A stretch of 64,000 bases of DNA from Anaeramoeba ignava BMAN. Lineage: Eukaryota; Protista; Anaeramoebae. A model generated the notes under the pieces. The model made no database searches. It was not told the DNA's origin and saw only the letters and a list, made by a program, of their open reading frames with translations. The translations under genes were made by a program, and so were the position numbers. Positions 35,589-46,779 of this stretch are shown one piece after another (within the stretch, counting starts at the first letter, position 1; each line of letters opens with the position of its first letter). The stretch covers positions 62,001-126,000 of the forward strand of contig JAPDFW010000129.1 in assembly GCA_028826165.1 (NCBI GenBank), written 5' to 3'.

Positions 35589-37625
35589 ATGCAAACAAAT
35601 TCACCCTTTCAATCAAAAACAAAACACAAAAAGAAACAAAACAAAAAAAGACATAATCAAATAATGCATTTTCAAACACAATCTTCAAAGATTTCACAAC
35701 AAAGCAATCAACAACAATTCGAACAAAAAGAAATTCAAAAACAAGAAGAATCAGAAGAAGAAAAACAATTTCAACAAGAACAAAAAAAATCAAGAAAATC
35801 CAAAAAATCGAAACAAAATGAAAATAATCAACAAATTTCAATTCTCAATCATTTCAAAGAGGAAAAGGTTAATAAGGTTGAATTGATTGATATAAATAAC
35901 AACTTAGGTTTTCCTAAAGAAATGGAAAAGTGTCAACTCAACAATTCAACACCAATTTTAATTAGACATCTAACACACCACATTCTTCAAGATATCAAAA
36001 CAAAAAATAAACCAGAGGAAATTCTTGAATCTTATATGCTCAAAGGACCACCAGGAGTTGGAAAATCATATACGCTTTATCATATCGCAAATTATTGTTC
36101 TAAATTGCAAAATTGGATCGTTCTTTATTTACCAAACACTGCTGATTTAAGAGAAACAGAAAGCTATATTGCTGCAAAGAAAATTATTTCCAAATTAAAT
36201 AAGCACTATGAACCATTACTCCAGAAGCATTTCCATTTCAACTATGATGAGAAAATCTGGGAGATAAAAAATCCAACCAAAAAACAACAATTGAAAATGG
36301 TTGAAAATGCTAAATATTTGTTGGCAGAACTTATCAATTTGGATTGCGAAAAGGTTCGAATTTTGATTGCAATTGATCAATGGAATATCTTATTCCGTCA
36401 AGAACAGAAATATCCAGAGCATATTTTAGATATTTTCCAATTTATTCCAAAAATAACTTATGGATTTTTCTTAGCTGCTGTGAGCTCAAGCTTTCAAGAG
36501 CCTGATAAATCTTATGATGATAATTCATTTGACGCTATAAAAACACCTTTGGGCATTTTTGATGAAGATGAATTTAAATCAATTATAGAATGGTCAAAAA
36601 CAAATGGATTCTTACCTCAATACTTATCAATCTCAGAAATTGAGAAATTTACAGCAAAAGTTCCCAAATTAATTGGTTTTCTTTTTCAATCATTTCGGAA
36701 TTATCAATTGTTTAATCAAAAAAATTGGTTAAGTGAAGCACACAAACTCGCTCAAAATTTTTATGAAAAGTTGATTTCACATGTTGTTACTAAAACCAAA
36801 AACCAATATGATGAAATCTATTTTATTATGGATATTTATTTAAATTCACCAATTCAAAATTTATCGCCACAATGGGAATCATTAGGATTATTTAAACAGG
36901 ATGAGAAAACTAATGAAATTCTTCCAATTTGTGAATCAGTTAGAAAAGCTTTTATTTCTGTGTTTGACACAAATCTTGATCGATATCTTGGCTTTTTAGC
37001 AAGTGGAACCAAAACAAAATGGAGAGCTTTCGAATTATATGTTTTCAAATCTTTCATCTCTAAAATTGGTGGAGAAATGATAATTCCAAATATCAATCTA
37101 AAAGGACAACAATCAACAAAACCAGACATTTGGCAAATTTCATTAGATCAACAAATTTATCAACCACGTTTACATGATCTTGATAAGCTTGAACCAGGAA
37201 CGTTTTTGATTTGTTATGAAGATCATCCTGTTATTGATTGTGTTGCTTATTCAAAAAATGGAAATTTATTTTATATTCAAATTTCAAAACAATCATATTC
37301 AAAACATTCTGCCAAAGTAGATTCACTTTTTAAAAAAAAATTTAATAAAACATCTGAGACAATTTTGAAATATTATTCAAGAATTTGTGGAATGAAATCA
37401 AAACCCAAAAAATGTCAACTTAAAACAGAAAAAAAAAATCGAGTTATTCAATTACCTCCAAATCAATATTATGTTTATCTTACAACAAGTTCGCATTATT
37501 ATTTAGATAATGGTGATTCTGATTATTCAAATGATCCTGTTATTTTAATCAATTCTGAAAATATTGCTAGACTCCATCCAAAAGCCTGGCATCCACTTTC
37601 AAAATATTTTTCTAATCAAAATTAA
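35589..37625 (+). CDS. P-loop NTPase + PD-(D/E)xK restriction-endonuclease-fold protein, Crinkler/RHS (CR-NTPase + CR-REase)-like, intronless, 678 aa
   Basis: Walker A YMLKGPPGVGKS; Walker B ILIAIDQWN; C-terminal W-x-x-FE helix (KWRAFELYV) followed by DHPVIDCVAYSKNGNLFYIQISK (D...Q-x-S nuclease core). Family call is from motif recall. Confidence 0.72.
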   Translation: MQTNSPFQSKTKHKKKQNKKRHNQIMHFQTQSSKISQQSNQQQFEQKEIQKQEESEEEKQFQQEQKKSRKSKKSKQNENNQQISILNHFKEEKVNKVELIDINNNLGFPKEMEKCQLNNSTPILIRHLTHHILQDIKTKNKPEEILESYMLKGPPGVGKSYTLYHIANYCSKLQNWIVLYLPNTADLRETESYIAAKKIISKLNKHYEPLLQKHFHFNYDEKIWEIKNPTKKQQLKMVENAKYLLAELINLDCEKVRILIAIDQWNILFRQEQKYPEHILDIFQFIPKITYGFFLAAVSSSFQEPDKSYDDNSFDAIKTPLGIFDEDEFKSIIEWSKTNGFLPQYLSISEIEKFTAKVPKLIGFLFQSFRNYQLFNQKNWLSEAHKLAQNFYEKLISHVVTKTKNQYDEIYFIMDIYLNSPIQNLSPQWESLGLFKQDEKTNEILPICESVRKAFISVFDTNLDRYLGFLASGTKTKWRAFELYVFKSFISKIGGEMIIPNINLKGQQSTKPDIWQISLDQQIYQPRLHDLDKLEPGTFLICYEDHPVIDCVAYSKNGNLFYIQISKQSYSKHSAKVDSLFKKKFNKTSETILKYYSRICGMKSKPKKCQLKTEKKNRVIQLPPNQYYVYLTTSSHYYLDNGDSDYSNDPVILINSENIARLHPKAWHPLSKYFSNQN

Positions 37626-37645
37626 AAATAAAAAAATAAAAAGAG

Positions 37646-39454
37646 AATGAAATTATATTTTTTGGTTTAAATTATCATCCAAAACTTTTCAAAAATGAAT
37701 CACAAATAATAACAAAACCAATTCAATTTAAATTTGAAAATGAAAATGAAAATAAAAAACAAATTAAACAAATTTCAACAGGAAATTTATCAACAATTTT
37801 CCTTTTTGAAAATGGAAAAGCAATAGAATATTTAAATGAAAATGATTCAAAACAAAAACCTTCAAAAATCCAAATTGAAAATATTCAAAAAGTAACTGTT
37901 GGTTTTTCTAATGAAGCTATTTTAACAATAGAAAGAAATGTATTTGCCAAAGGAAAAGATATTAATTCAAAAAATCCAAAAGAATTTATCAATATTTCAT
38001 CATTAATTGAAGATAAAAATGATAGAATAATTCAAGATGTTGTTTCTGGTGCTAAATCAATTTACTTATTAACTTCAAATCAAAATACTTATGGATTTGG
38101 TTCAAATAAAGATGGTCAACTTGGTTTTGATTTTAAAACACTTCCAAAAACAGAAAAACCAATTTTAATGATGAAAAATGTTTCTAAAATATTTTCAGGA
38201 AATATTTCAAATTATGTTTTTCTTTTAAATTCAAATCAAGAATTATTTGTATGTGGATATAATGGATCTGGACAACTTGGATTAAGAAAATCAAGAAAAG
38301 AAGAAACAAAAATCCAAAAATTAATCAAAATACAAAAATTAACCAAAATACAAAAATTAACACAAATCCAAAATATTCCAAAAGGCAAAATAATTGATAT
38401 CAAATTTGGAGATTCTCATTCAATAATGTTGATTGAAAATGAAAATCAAAATCAAAATCCAAAAAGAAAACTTTATTCATGTGGAGATTATCGAACTAAT
38501 GGACTTGGTAAATATATTCATGCTTATGAATTTACTGAAATCAAATCATCTTTATTTGAAAATGATAATATTCTTGATTTTTCTATTGGTGATAACCATA
38601 CTTTGATTTTAACTTCTAATTCAAAATTAATTGGATTTGGAAGTAATTTTTATGGTCAATTAGGAACTAAATATACAAAAGATCAATTAATTCCATTTCA
38701 AATTGAACTTCCTAAATTAAGATTTAATGAAGATATTTCCAATTATCATGTTCTTTGTGGATTTCAAAAATCATTTCTTTATTATTCTCCTCTTTCTTTT
38801 TCTAATCTTGAAGAAGATTTGATAAAACTATTTGAAAGAAAAGAATTTTGTGATATTTCATTTAAAACCAAAAATGGAGAAATAATTGAAGCTCATAAAT
38901 TAATATTGAAATATAGATTAAATCAAAATCAAAATCAAATTGAAAAACTTCAAGAAATTATTTCAAAAAAATCAATTAAAGAATCAAATCAAATATTTGA
39001 AATGATTTATTCAAACAATTCCAAAATAAATCCAAAATTATATTCTGAAATTAAAGAAATTATAAATTCAAATGAAAAAATTGAAGAAACAATGAAAAGA
39101 ATTTATTTAAATGAAAATGAAAATGAAAATGAAAAAGATTTTATAATTGAAAGAAAAGAAAAACAATATAAATTTCCTAAATTAATATTAATAATGAGAA
39201 GTGAATTATATCGAGGAATGTTTTTATCTGTAACAAATGATACTTCAAATAAAGTTACAGATTATAGTGAATTAAGTAATAAATCATTTCAAATATTTGA
39301 ATATTGGATTTATTCAAATCAAATTAAAGATGAAATTCAAATTACACAAGAAATCATTAATGAAATTGAAATTGGAATTGATTATTTTCAATTAAATCAA
39401 ACAAACCCAAATTTATTTGATTTATTAATTAATAAATTTAATAATCAAAATTAA
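37646..39454 (+). CDS. RCC1-BTB-BTB copy H; the frame is open from 37646 but the family ATG is replaced (aaa gag aat gaa att... instead of atg aat gaa att)
   Basis: NEIIFFGLNYHPKLFKN... is in frame with ORF 38168-39454; ends NNQN*. Confidence 0.85.
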   Translation, partial: NEIIFFGLNYHPKLFKNESQIITKPIQFKFENENENKKQIKQISTGNLSTIFLFENGKAIEYLNENDSKQKPSKIQIENIQKVTVGFSNEAILTIERNVFAKGKDINSKNPKEFINISSLIEDKNDRIIQDVVSGAKSIYLLTSNQNTYGFGSNKDGQLGFDFKTLPKTEKPILMMKNVSKIFSGNISNYVFLLNSNQELFVCGYNGSGQLGLRKSRKEETKIQKLIKIQKLTKIQKLTQIQNIPKGKIIDIKFGDSHSIMLIENENQNQNPKRKLYSCGDYRTNGLGKYIHAYEFTEIKSSLFENDNILDFSIGDNHTLILTSNSKLIGFGSNFYGQLGTKYTKDQLIPFQIELPKLRFNEDISNYHVLCGFQKSFLYYSPLSFSNLEEDLIKLFERKEFCDISFKTKNGEIIEAHKLILKYRLNQNQNQIEKLQEIISKKSIKESNQIFEMIYSNNSKINPKLYSEIKEIINSNEKIEETMKRIYLNENENENEKDFIIERKEKQYKFPKLILIMRSELYRGMFLSVTNDTSNKVTDYSELSNKSFQIFEYWIYSNQIKDEIQITQEIINEIEIGIDYFQLNQTNPNLFDLLINKFNNQN

Positions 39455-39740
39455 AATTAAAATTAAAATTAAAATTAAAATTAAAATTAAAATTAAAATC
39501 AAAATTAAAATTAAAATTAAAATTAAAATTAAAATTAAAATTAAAATTAAAATTAAAATTAAAATTAAATTTAAAATTTAAATTTAAAATTAAAATTAAA
39601 ATCAAAATTAAAATTAAAATTAAAATTAAAATTAAAATTGAAATTAAAATTAAATTTAAAATTTAAAATTAAAATTAAAATTAAAATTAAAATTAAAATT
39701 AAAATTAAAATCGAAAATCGGATAAAAATTAAAATTAAAA
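39455..39740. repeat. (AAAATT)n hexamer tract
   Basis: Direct. Confidence 0.9.
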
Positions 39741-39919
39741 TTTTCCTTTGTTGAAAAAAAAAAAAAGAAAGAAAACAAAAATCAAAAAGAAAAGAAAAAG
39801 GAAAAAAAAAAGAAAATTTGAGAAAAAAAAATAAATTCTTTTGAATTCGAAGAATCAATTTGATTTGCAATATTTTTTAAAAAAAAAAATTTAAACTTTT
39901 TCCAAATTGATTTAAAAAA

Positions 39920-42900
39920 TTATTTTTCCAAACTTAATTCAAAAATTTCTTTAGCAAAATCATCTTCCATAATTTGGTGAATATCAAGTTCAGTTAATTT
40001 ATCAAAACCATATTCTTGGTAAACTTGAATAATACTAGGATTAAGCTTATTAAGGAAAGAGAAAAACAAACTTCCTGAATTCAAAAGTAATTTTTCCGGC
40101 GAATCGAATTCATGAATTTTTTTTGAACTCATAATCATAGTTCTATCTGTTCTTAATAAAATAGTGGGACTATTTGTGACAATTAGAATTGTTGAATGCT
40201 TGAAATAAGAATGAAGAATTTGTTGCAATCGAATTTCGAAGTCTTTCTTATTCAATACATTTTTAAGTAAATCATCAACAAGTACAATTTGCTTATTTTT
40301 GTAAGTTAAAGCTCTTGCAAAACTAAATAAATGTTGAGTTTCCATTGAAAGTTTTTGGAGTTCTGAAATATCAGCATCTAATTGTTGTGGAATATCAGAA
40401 ATTATATCTTTTAGCCCAAGTTTGTCAAGGTTTTCCCATATAATTTGGTCTGGAATTCTTCGTGGATCATTTAATGGATATGGTGTGAAATTTTCCCGAA
40501 TTGTTCCTCCAATGTATATTGGTCTTTCTGGAATGTATACCATTTCAGAGCGTAAGTTTTGTGGTGGTAATTTTTGGATATCGTGATCGTCAATGAGAAT
40601 TGTTCCTTGTTTGGGTTCGAATAGTCTGAAGAAAGATGAGAGTAAAACAGATTTACCGGATCCTGAACAAAAAATTTTTAAATATTAAATAAATTTTAAT
40701 TTTAATTTTAATTTTAATTATTAATTTTAAATATTAATTTTAATTTTAATTTTAAATTAAATTTTAATTTTAATTTTAATTTTAATTTTAATTTTAATTT
40801 TAATTTTAATTTTAATTTTAATTTTAATTTTAATTTTAATTTTAATTTTAATTTTAATTTTAATTTTAATTTTAATTTTAATATTAATTTTAATTTTAAT
40901 TATAATTTTAATTTTAATTTTAATTTTAATTTTAAATAATTTTAATTTTAAATTAAATTTTAAATAAATTTTAAATAAATTTTAAATAAATTTTAAATTA
41001 AATTTTAAATAATTTTTAAATAATTTTTAAATTAAAATTTGTACCACTTGGCCCACAAATTCCAATCTTTTCACCAGCAAAAATATGGAAATTCACATTT
41101 TTCAAAACAGTTTTTGAATCTGAACTGTAACCTAACTTAACATCCTGGAATTGAATCTCACCATTCTTAATCCAACCGAAAGGAAGCCTATTTTCCAAAC
41201 GATCCAAACCAGGTTCTTTATGGATAAATTGAAGATTAGAAATGGAAGAAATAACTTTTGTTTTGGCTTGAAGTTCGACTTTCATTCTGATAAAAGAACC
41301 AAGATAATTAGAAACAATAAAACTAGCAGCAATAGCAAGAGCAACATAACCAGTATCAACATCACCACGAGTTGTAACGGCAATGATTGCAACGCAAGTG
41401 ATAATGACAGTAAAGATGATATGAACACGGAAACCAAGCCATCGATGCGCTTCATTTTCGGAAAGAAGAACTCGATAATTTGAATCGATTGTTTTGTGAT
41501 TTTGATGAACTAAATGATGCTTGTTTTCAAAGCAATTAATTGTTGCGATTCCTTCGAGTGTATTTTCAAACTCGGAATGAATAACATTTTTGGACGAAAC
41601 TTCAAGCGCTCGAAGCTGCTTGGAAACGGCAGTATAACTGCGGTCGATTCTCCAATAAAAGAAGATAACAACAACAAGCGGGATGATGAACCACGGAAAA
41701 ACAATGCAGATAGTAATGAGAATCGCGATAAGTTGAGTCAAGTAATTGAAAGTGAAATTCATTGAGCTAATAATGTTCGAATCCATCATGTGCAAATGCG
41801 ATCCAAAAGCCTTTTGAATCATTGATCTTCCCATGTTGTTGAAAAAAGACAGTGGAACTTGAATCAAATTCAAAAATAACTTCGAATGGATTGTTTTTGA
41901 TGCAATCACACTTGCGTGCGCCATCAAACACGATTTCAGCGCATAAACAACAATGATTGCCGCGTTGATCACCGCGAATAAAGACGTGTAGAATTTTCTT
42001 TTCTTGTCCCATTCGCCGTCAGTCCAAAAGGAAAGCCAGAAATAACTAAACACAACACCCGCACTTGTGACTAAATATAAGAAAAACAACAGCGAATAGT
42101 ACCCATATCCCCCGCTTAATTTCACGTATGATGTTGTCTTCATTTCCGGTTTACGAGGCGCCAATAAAGACTCATCTTCGTCCTCGTTTTCTTTCTTTGT
42201 GCGGAATAGATCAATCTGTAGCTTATCAAGTTCGTTTCCTTCATTTTCCGTTATGAAAACACTTCGATATAGATCGTTTTCAAACCGTTTTTTATCCGAT
42301 TTGATAACGTTAAGCAATAATTCGTTGTTGTCGTTGCATATTTTTTGGAACGTTCCGTTGGCGACAATCTCTCCTTTTTCTATCACATAAATTTCGTTTG
42401 TTCGCGATAAAATTTGTGGATTGTTTGAAATCAAAATCCGCGACTTATTCTTTAAAAACCCGAAAATGCATCTGTCTACTAGATCGTTTCGTATGTGTTC
42501 TGTAAGCTTTTCAGAGAAATCATCGATTAAATAAATGTCTGAATTGTGATAAAGTGCTCTTGCAAATGATATTCTTTGCTTCATTTCTTCATTTAAATTC
42601 AAATTCGGATCCATTATTGTTTCGTCTTTCATTGATAAATTATGTATAAAATTATTCAATCCACAAACTGTTAGGATTTTTTGATAGTGTTGTTGGTGGT
42701 ATTTGAAGGATCCGATTATATTGTTTTTGACTGTTGTTTTTTGGAACCAAGGATGTGCTGGTATGTAACTTATTTTTCCATCTAAATATATTTTTCCTGA
42801 GACCATTTTGACTTGGCCTAATAAGCCTAACAACAACTATAGAATTTTTTAAATTAAATTTTTAAATAAATTTTCAAATAAATTTTTAAATAAATTTTTA

Positions 42901-45900
42901 AATAAATTTTTCAAATAAATTTTTAAATAAATTTTCAAATAAATTTTTAAATAAATTTTCAAATAAATTTTCAATTTTAATTTTTTAAATAAATTTTTAA
43001 ATAAATTTTTAAATAAATTTTTAATTTTAATTTTTAAATAAATTATTAAATTAAATTTTCAAATGAATTATTAAATTAATTTTTAAATAAATTTTTAAAT
43101 AAATTTTTCAATTAATTTTTAAATTAAATTTTTAAATTAATTATTAAATAAATTATTAAATAAATTTTTAAATAAATTTTTAAATAAATTTTTAATTAAA
43201 TTTTCAAATAAATTTTTAAATAAATTTTTAAATAAATTTTTAATTAAATTTTTAAATAAATTTTTAAATTAATTTTTAAATAAATTTTTAAATAAATTTT
43301 TAATTAAATTTTTAATTAAATTTTTAATTAAAATAATTTTTAAATAAATTTTTAATTAAATTTTTACAGCTGTTTTCTCTGTAGGATTCGTGCCAGCAAT
43401 TCCTATGATTTCTTCACTCATTAATTGAATTGAAATCTGTTTCAAAATTTGATTATTAGCAAATCCAAAATAACCATTTAAAACTTGTAATTTTGCTTGT
43501 TTATACAATTTCTCAACTTCACTTTTCTGGTCAGTTTCATCATCAGAAAAACTATCAATTAAATCAATATCAGTTTGATTTTCTTTAAAATCTGAATCAC
43601 TAAATTCATCTTCATTCTCAATACGATTCCCATATTTTGAAGAATAATTCTGTCTTGTTTCAACATTTATCCATTGATTTACAAGTGCAATTGGTGCTAT
43701 GTCTCTTATTGGTTTGTGATAATCATTTTCTTCCATTGCTTCGTTAATATTTTCAGGAAAATCTGCTATCATTTCATTTTCATAAATTGTTTGATCTTTT
43801 TCTGATTTTATATATTGCTCAATTCGGGCAAATGATTGTTTGATTAGTTTGTATTTAGGCCATAATTGTGGAAATGAAACTAGCGCATTTCGAAGAATAT
43901 AATATAAAACCAATGAAACAAATGCCTATTTCAAAACCAATCCAAAATTTATATTTAATTTTTAATATTTAATTTAATATTTTTAATATTTTTAATATTT
44001 TTAATATTTAATATTTTTAATATTTTTAATATTTAATATTTTTAATATTTAATATTTTTAATATTTAATTTAATTTTTAATTTAATATTTTTAATATTTA
44101 ATATATTTAATATTTTTACTTTTTTGGGTGTTAAAGTGTTATCTGCATAAACATAGCAAATAAAAGTTATTGTAACTGCAAGAATTAAAGCTAAAATTAT
44201 TTGAAAAGTAAATTTTTAATTTTTAATTTTTAATTTTTTTTTTAATTTTTAATTTTTAATATTTACAAAACATAAATAATGTCCAAGACCAAGCTTTAAT
44301 TCTTTGAGATTTTTCAATAGGTTTGAGTTCCATATTTCTTAATTCTATTTTATTTGAATTTATTTATTTTATTTTATTTGAATTTATTTATTTTTTGAAT
44401 TTATTTATTTTTATAAACAAACCATTAACTTTTCTATTAAATGGTTCTTCCCATGAATTAATTTTGATAAATTTTATTGAATCAAAAATTGAAAAGATTA
44501 AATTTGATCTTCTTGATGATATATTATCAATCATAATAGTTTGTGTTTCTTTTGCATGACTCATTGCAGAATTAATTGGAATAAATAATAATAATATTCC
44601 AGCACCTAAAATAAATTAAAAATAAAATTAATATTAAAATTAAAAATAAAATTAAAAATAAAATTAAAATTAAATTAAATTAAATTAAATTAAATTAAAT
44701 TAAATTAAAATTAAAATTAAAATTAAAATTAAAATTAAAATTAAAATTAAAATTAAATTAAAATTAAAATTAAATTATTAATTAAATTAATTTAAATTAA
44801 TATTTAAATTAATAATTAAATTAAAATTAAATTAAATTAAAATTAAAATTAAAATTAAATTAAATTCTTACCAATTAAGGAAAATGCACCAATTTGATTA
44901 GCAATTAAAAGAACTGCTGCAATAACAATTAATGGTTGTGTCCAAAGATTGTGAATATCTTGTGGATATGAAACAACTCTCTCACAATCAAAAGAAATGA
45001 GTTTTAATAATTTTCCTGATACATTTGCTCCAGCTTGTTGAATAATTAACAATTTGTTAAAAATCACAGAAATTAAACTTGTTCGAATCTTTTTAATTTT
45101 AATTTAAAAAAATTGAGAATTAATTTTTTGAATAAATTTAATTTTAATTTTTAATTTTATTTTTATTTTTAATTTTAATTTAATTTTAATTTATTTTAAT
45201 TTTAATTTTAATTTATTTTAATTTAATTTTTATTTATTTTTATTTTTAATGCTTACTTTAATTCCTGTTTTAATAGCCAAAGAAAAGTAAAATTCTTCTG
45301 TTAAACCTTCAAAAAAAGCCACAAGCAAAAATCCAAATACGAAGAAATAACCCCAATTTTTGTCTTTTGTTCTATCTGAAACATGTTCAATTCTATAAAA
45401 AAATTAATAAATAAAAAATTAATAAATAAAAAAATTAAATAAAAAATTAAATAAAAAATTAAATAAAAAATTAAATAAAAAATTAAATAAAAAATTACGT
45501 TGCTGCAATTAATAAAGGAAACATAAATAAGAGAACATCATGAATAAATTTAATAATTCCACTTCCAATTAAAGCTCCTCGAAATTGTTGATTTATTGAT
45601 TTTGAAACTGAATGTCTTAAAAATCTTTTTTTTTTTTAAATTTTAATATTAATTATAATTTTAATTTTAATTTTAAATTTTAATTTTAATTTTAATTTTA
45701 ATTTTAATTTTAATTTTAATTTTAATTTTAATTTTAATTTTAATTTTAATTTTAATTTAAATTTTGATTTTAATTTTAATTTTAATTTTAATTTTAATTT
45801 ATTTTTTTTTAAATTTTAATTTTAATTTTAATTTTAATTTTAATTTTAGTTTTAATTTTAATTTTAATTTTAAAGGGAAATTTGAATTAAAAAATATTTG

Positions 45901-46504
45901 GAATTTTTTTTAATTCAAAAAGAAGAGCTTAATTTGAAATGTACCTGTTTTTTTTTAGTAATTTCTTTGATTCCTTTTCGAGTTCAGAAACAGATTCATT
46001 TTGAAATTGTGTGGAAATATCTTCAAAATTTAACCGTTTTGATTTTGCAAGTGAAATTAAAGAACTAATTCCACTAAAAGTGAAACTAATTTTATTTTTT
46101 TAAAAAAGTAAAAAATAAAGAAGAAAAAAATTTTTTTTAAATAAAATTGAATAAAAAAAAAGAAAGAAAAAAAAGCAATTTTAAATTTTGAATTAATTAA
46201 GAAATTTTAATTTTAATTTTAATTTTAATTTTAATTTTAAATTTTAATTTTAATTTTAATTTTAATTTTGTTTTTAATTTTTATTTTAATTTTAATTTTA
46301 ATTTTTAATTTTGTTGTTGTTTTTGTTTTTTTAGGGTTTTTTTTTAATTGATTTTTAATTGATTTTTAATTGATTGTTAATTTTCCTTTTAAAATTGTTC
46401 CAAAGTCATTTATAAAGAGGAAATAAGAATAAGAAAGAGAAAAGGGAAAAAAAAAGAAATTAAGAAATAAAGAAAGACGTTAATTACCTTGAAAAGAAAC
46501 CCAT
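39920..46504 (-). CDS. ABCC/MRP-family full transporter (TMD1-NBD1-TMD2-NBD2), multi-exon, with degenerate nucleotide-binding motifs
   Basis: Start MGFFS|SFTFSGISSLISLAKSKRLNFEDI (lasso motif); ORF pieces 44855-45067, 43356-43913, 41016-42836, 39920-40543; NBD2 GICGPSG|SGKS spliced across an intron; GGTIRENF and RISFARALY motifs. Confidence 0.9.
42845..43360. repeat. Degenerate 12-bp (AAATAAATTTTT)n repeat in an ABCC intron
   Basis: Direct. Confidence 0.88.
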
Positions 46505-46779
46505 TTAAAAAAGGTTAAAGAAGAAAAAAAAAATGAAAAAATTTTTTGTTTTTCTTTTTTTTTTAAATTAAAAAAAATAAAAAAAATTTTCTTATTAATT
46601 TTAAATCAAAATTACTCATTTTTATTTTAAATAAAAATAAATAAAAAAATAAATCATTTTAATTTTAATCAAAATTAAAAACAAATTTAATTAAAATTTA
46701 AATTAAAATTAAAATTAAAATTTAATTTTGAAATGGATCTAAATAAACGGAAAAAAAATTATTATTAAATTCAAATAAA

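Noticed and set aside
35589-36600. DAP3/mS29 mitoribosomal protein call for the NTPase
   Set aside because: The Walker motifs are similar, but the extra nuclease-like C-terminal domain and the context fit a CR-NTPase+REase better; a profile search is needed to be sure.
15471-39454. Diversity-generating retroelement as the cause of RCC1 loop variation
   Set aside because: No reverse transcriptase or template repeat in the window, and the variable codons differ at all base types rather than only at adenines.
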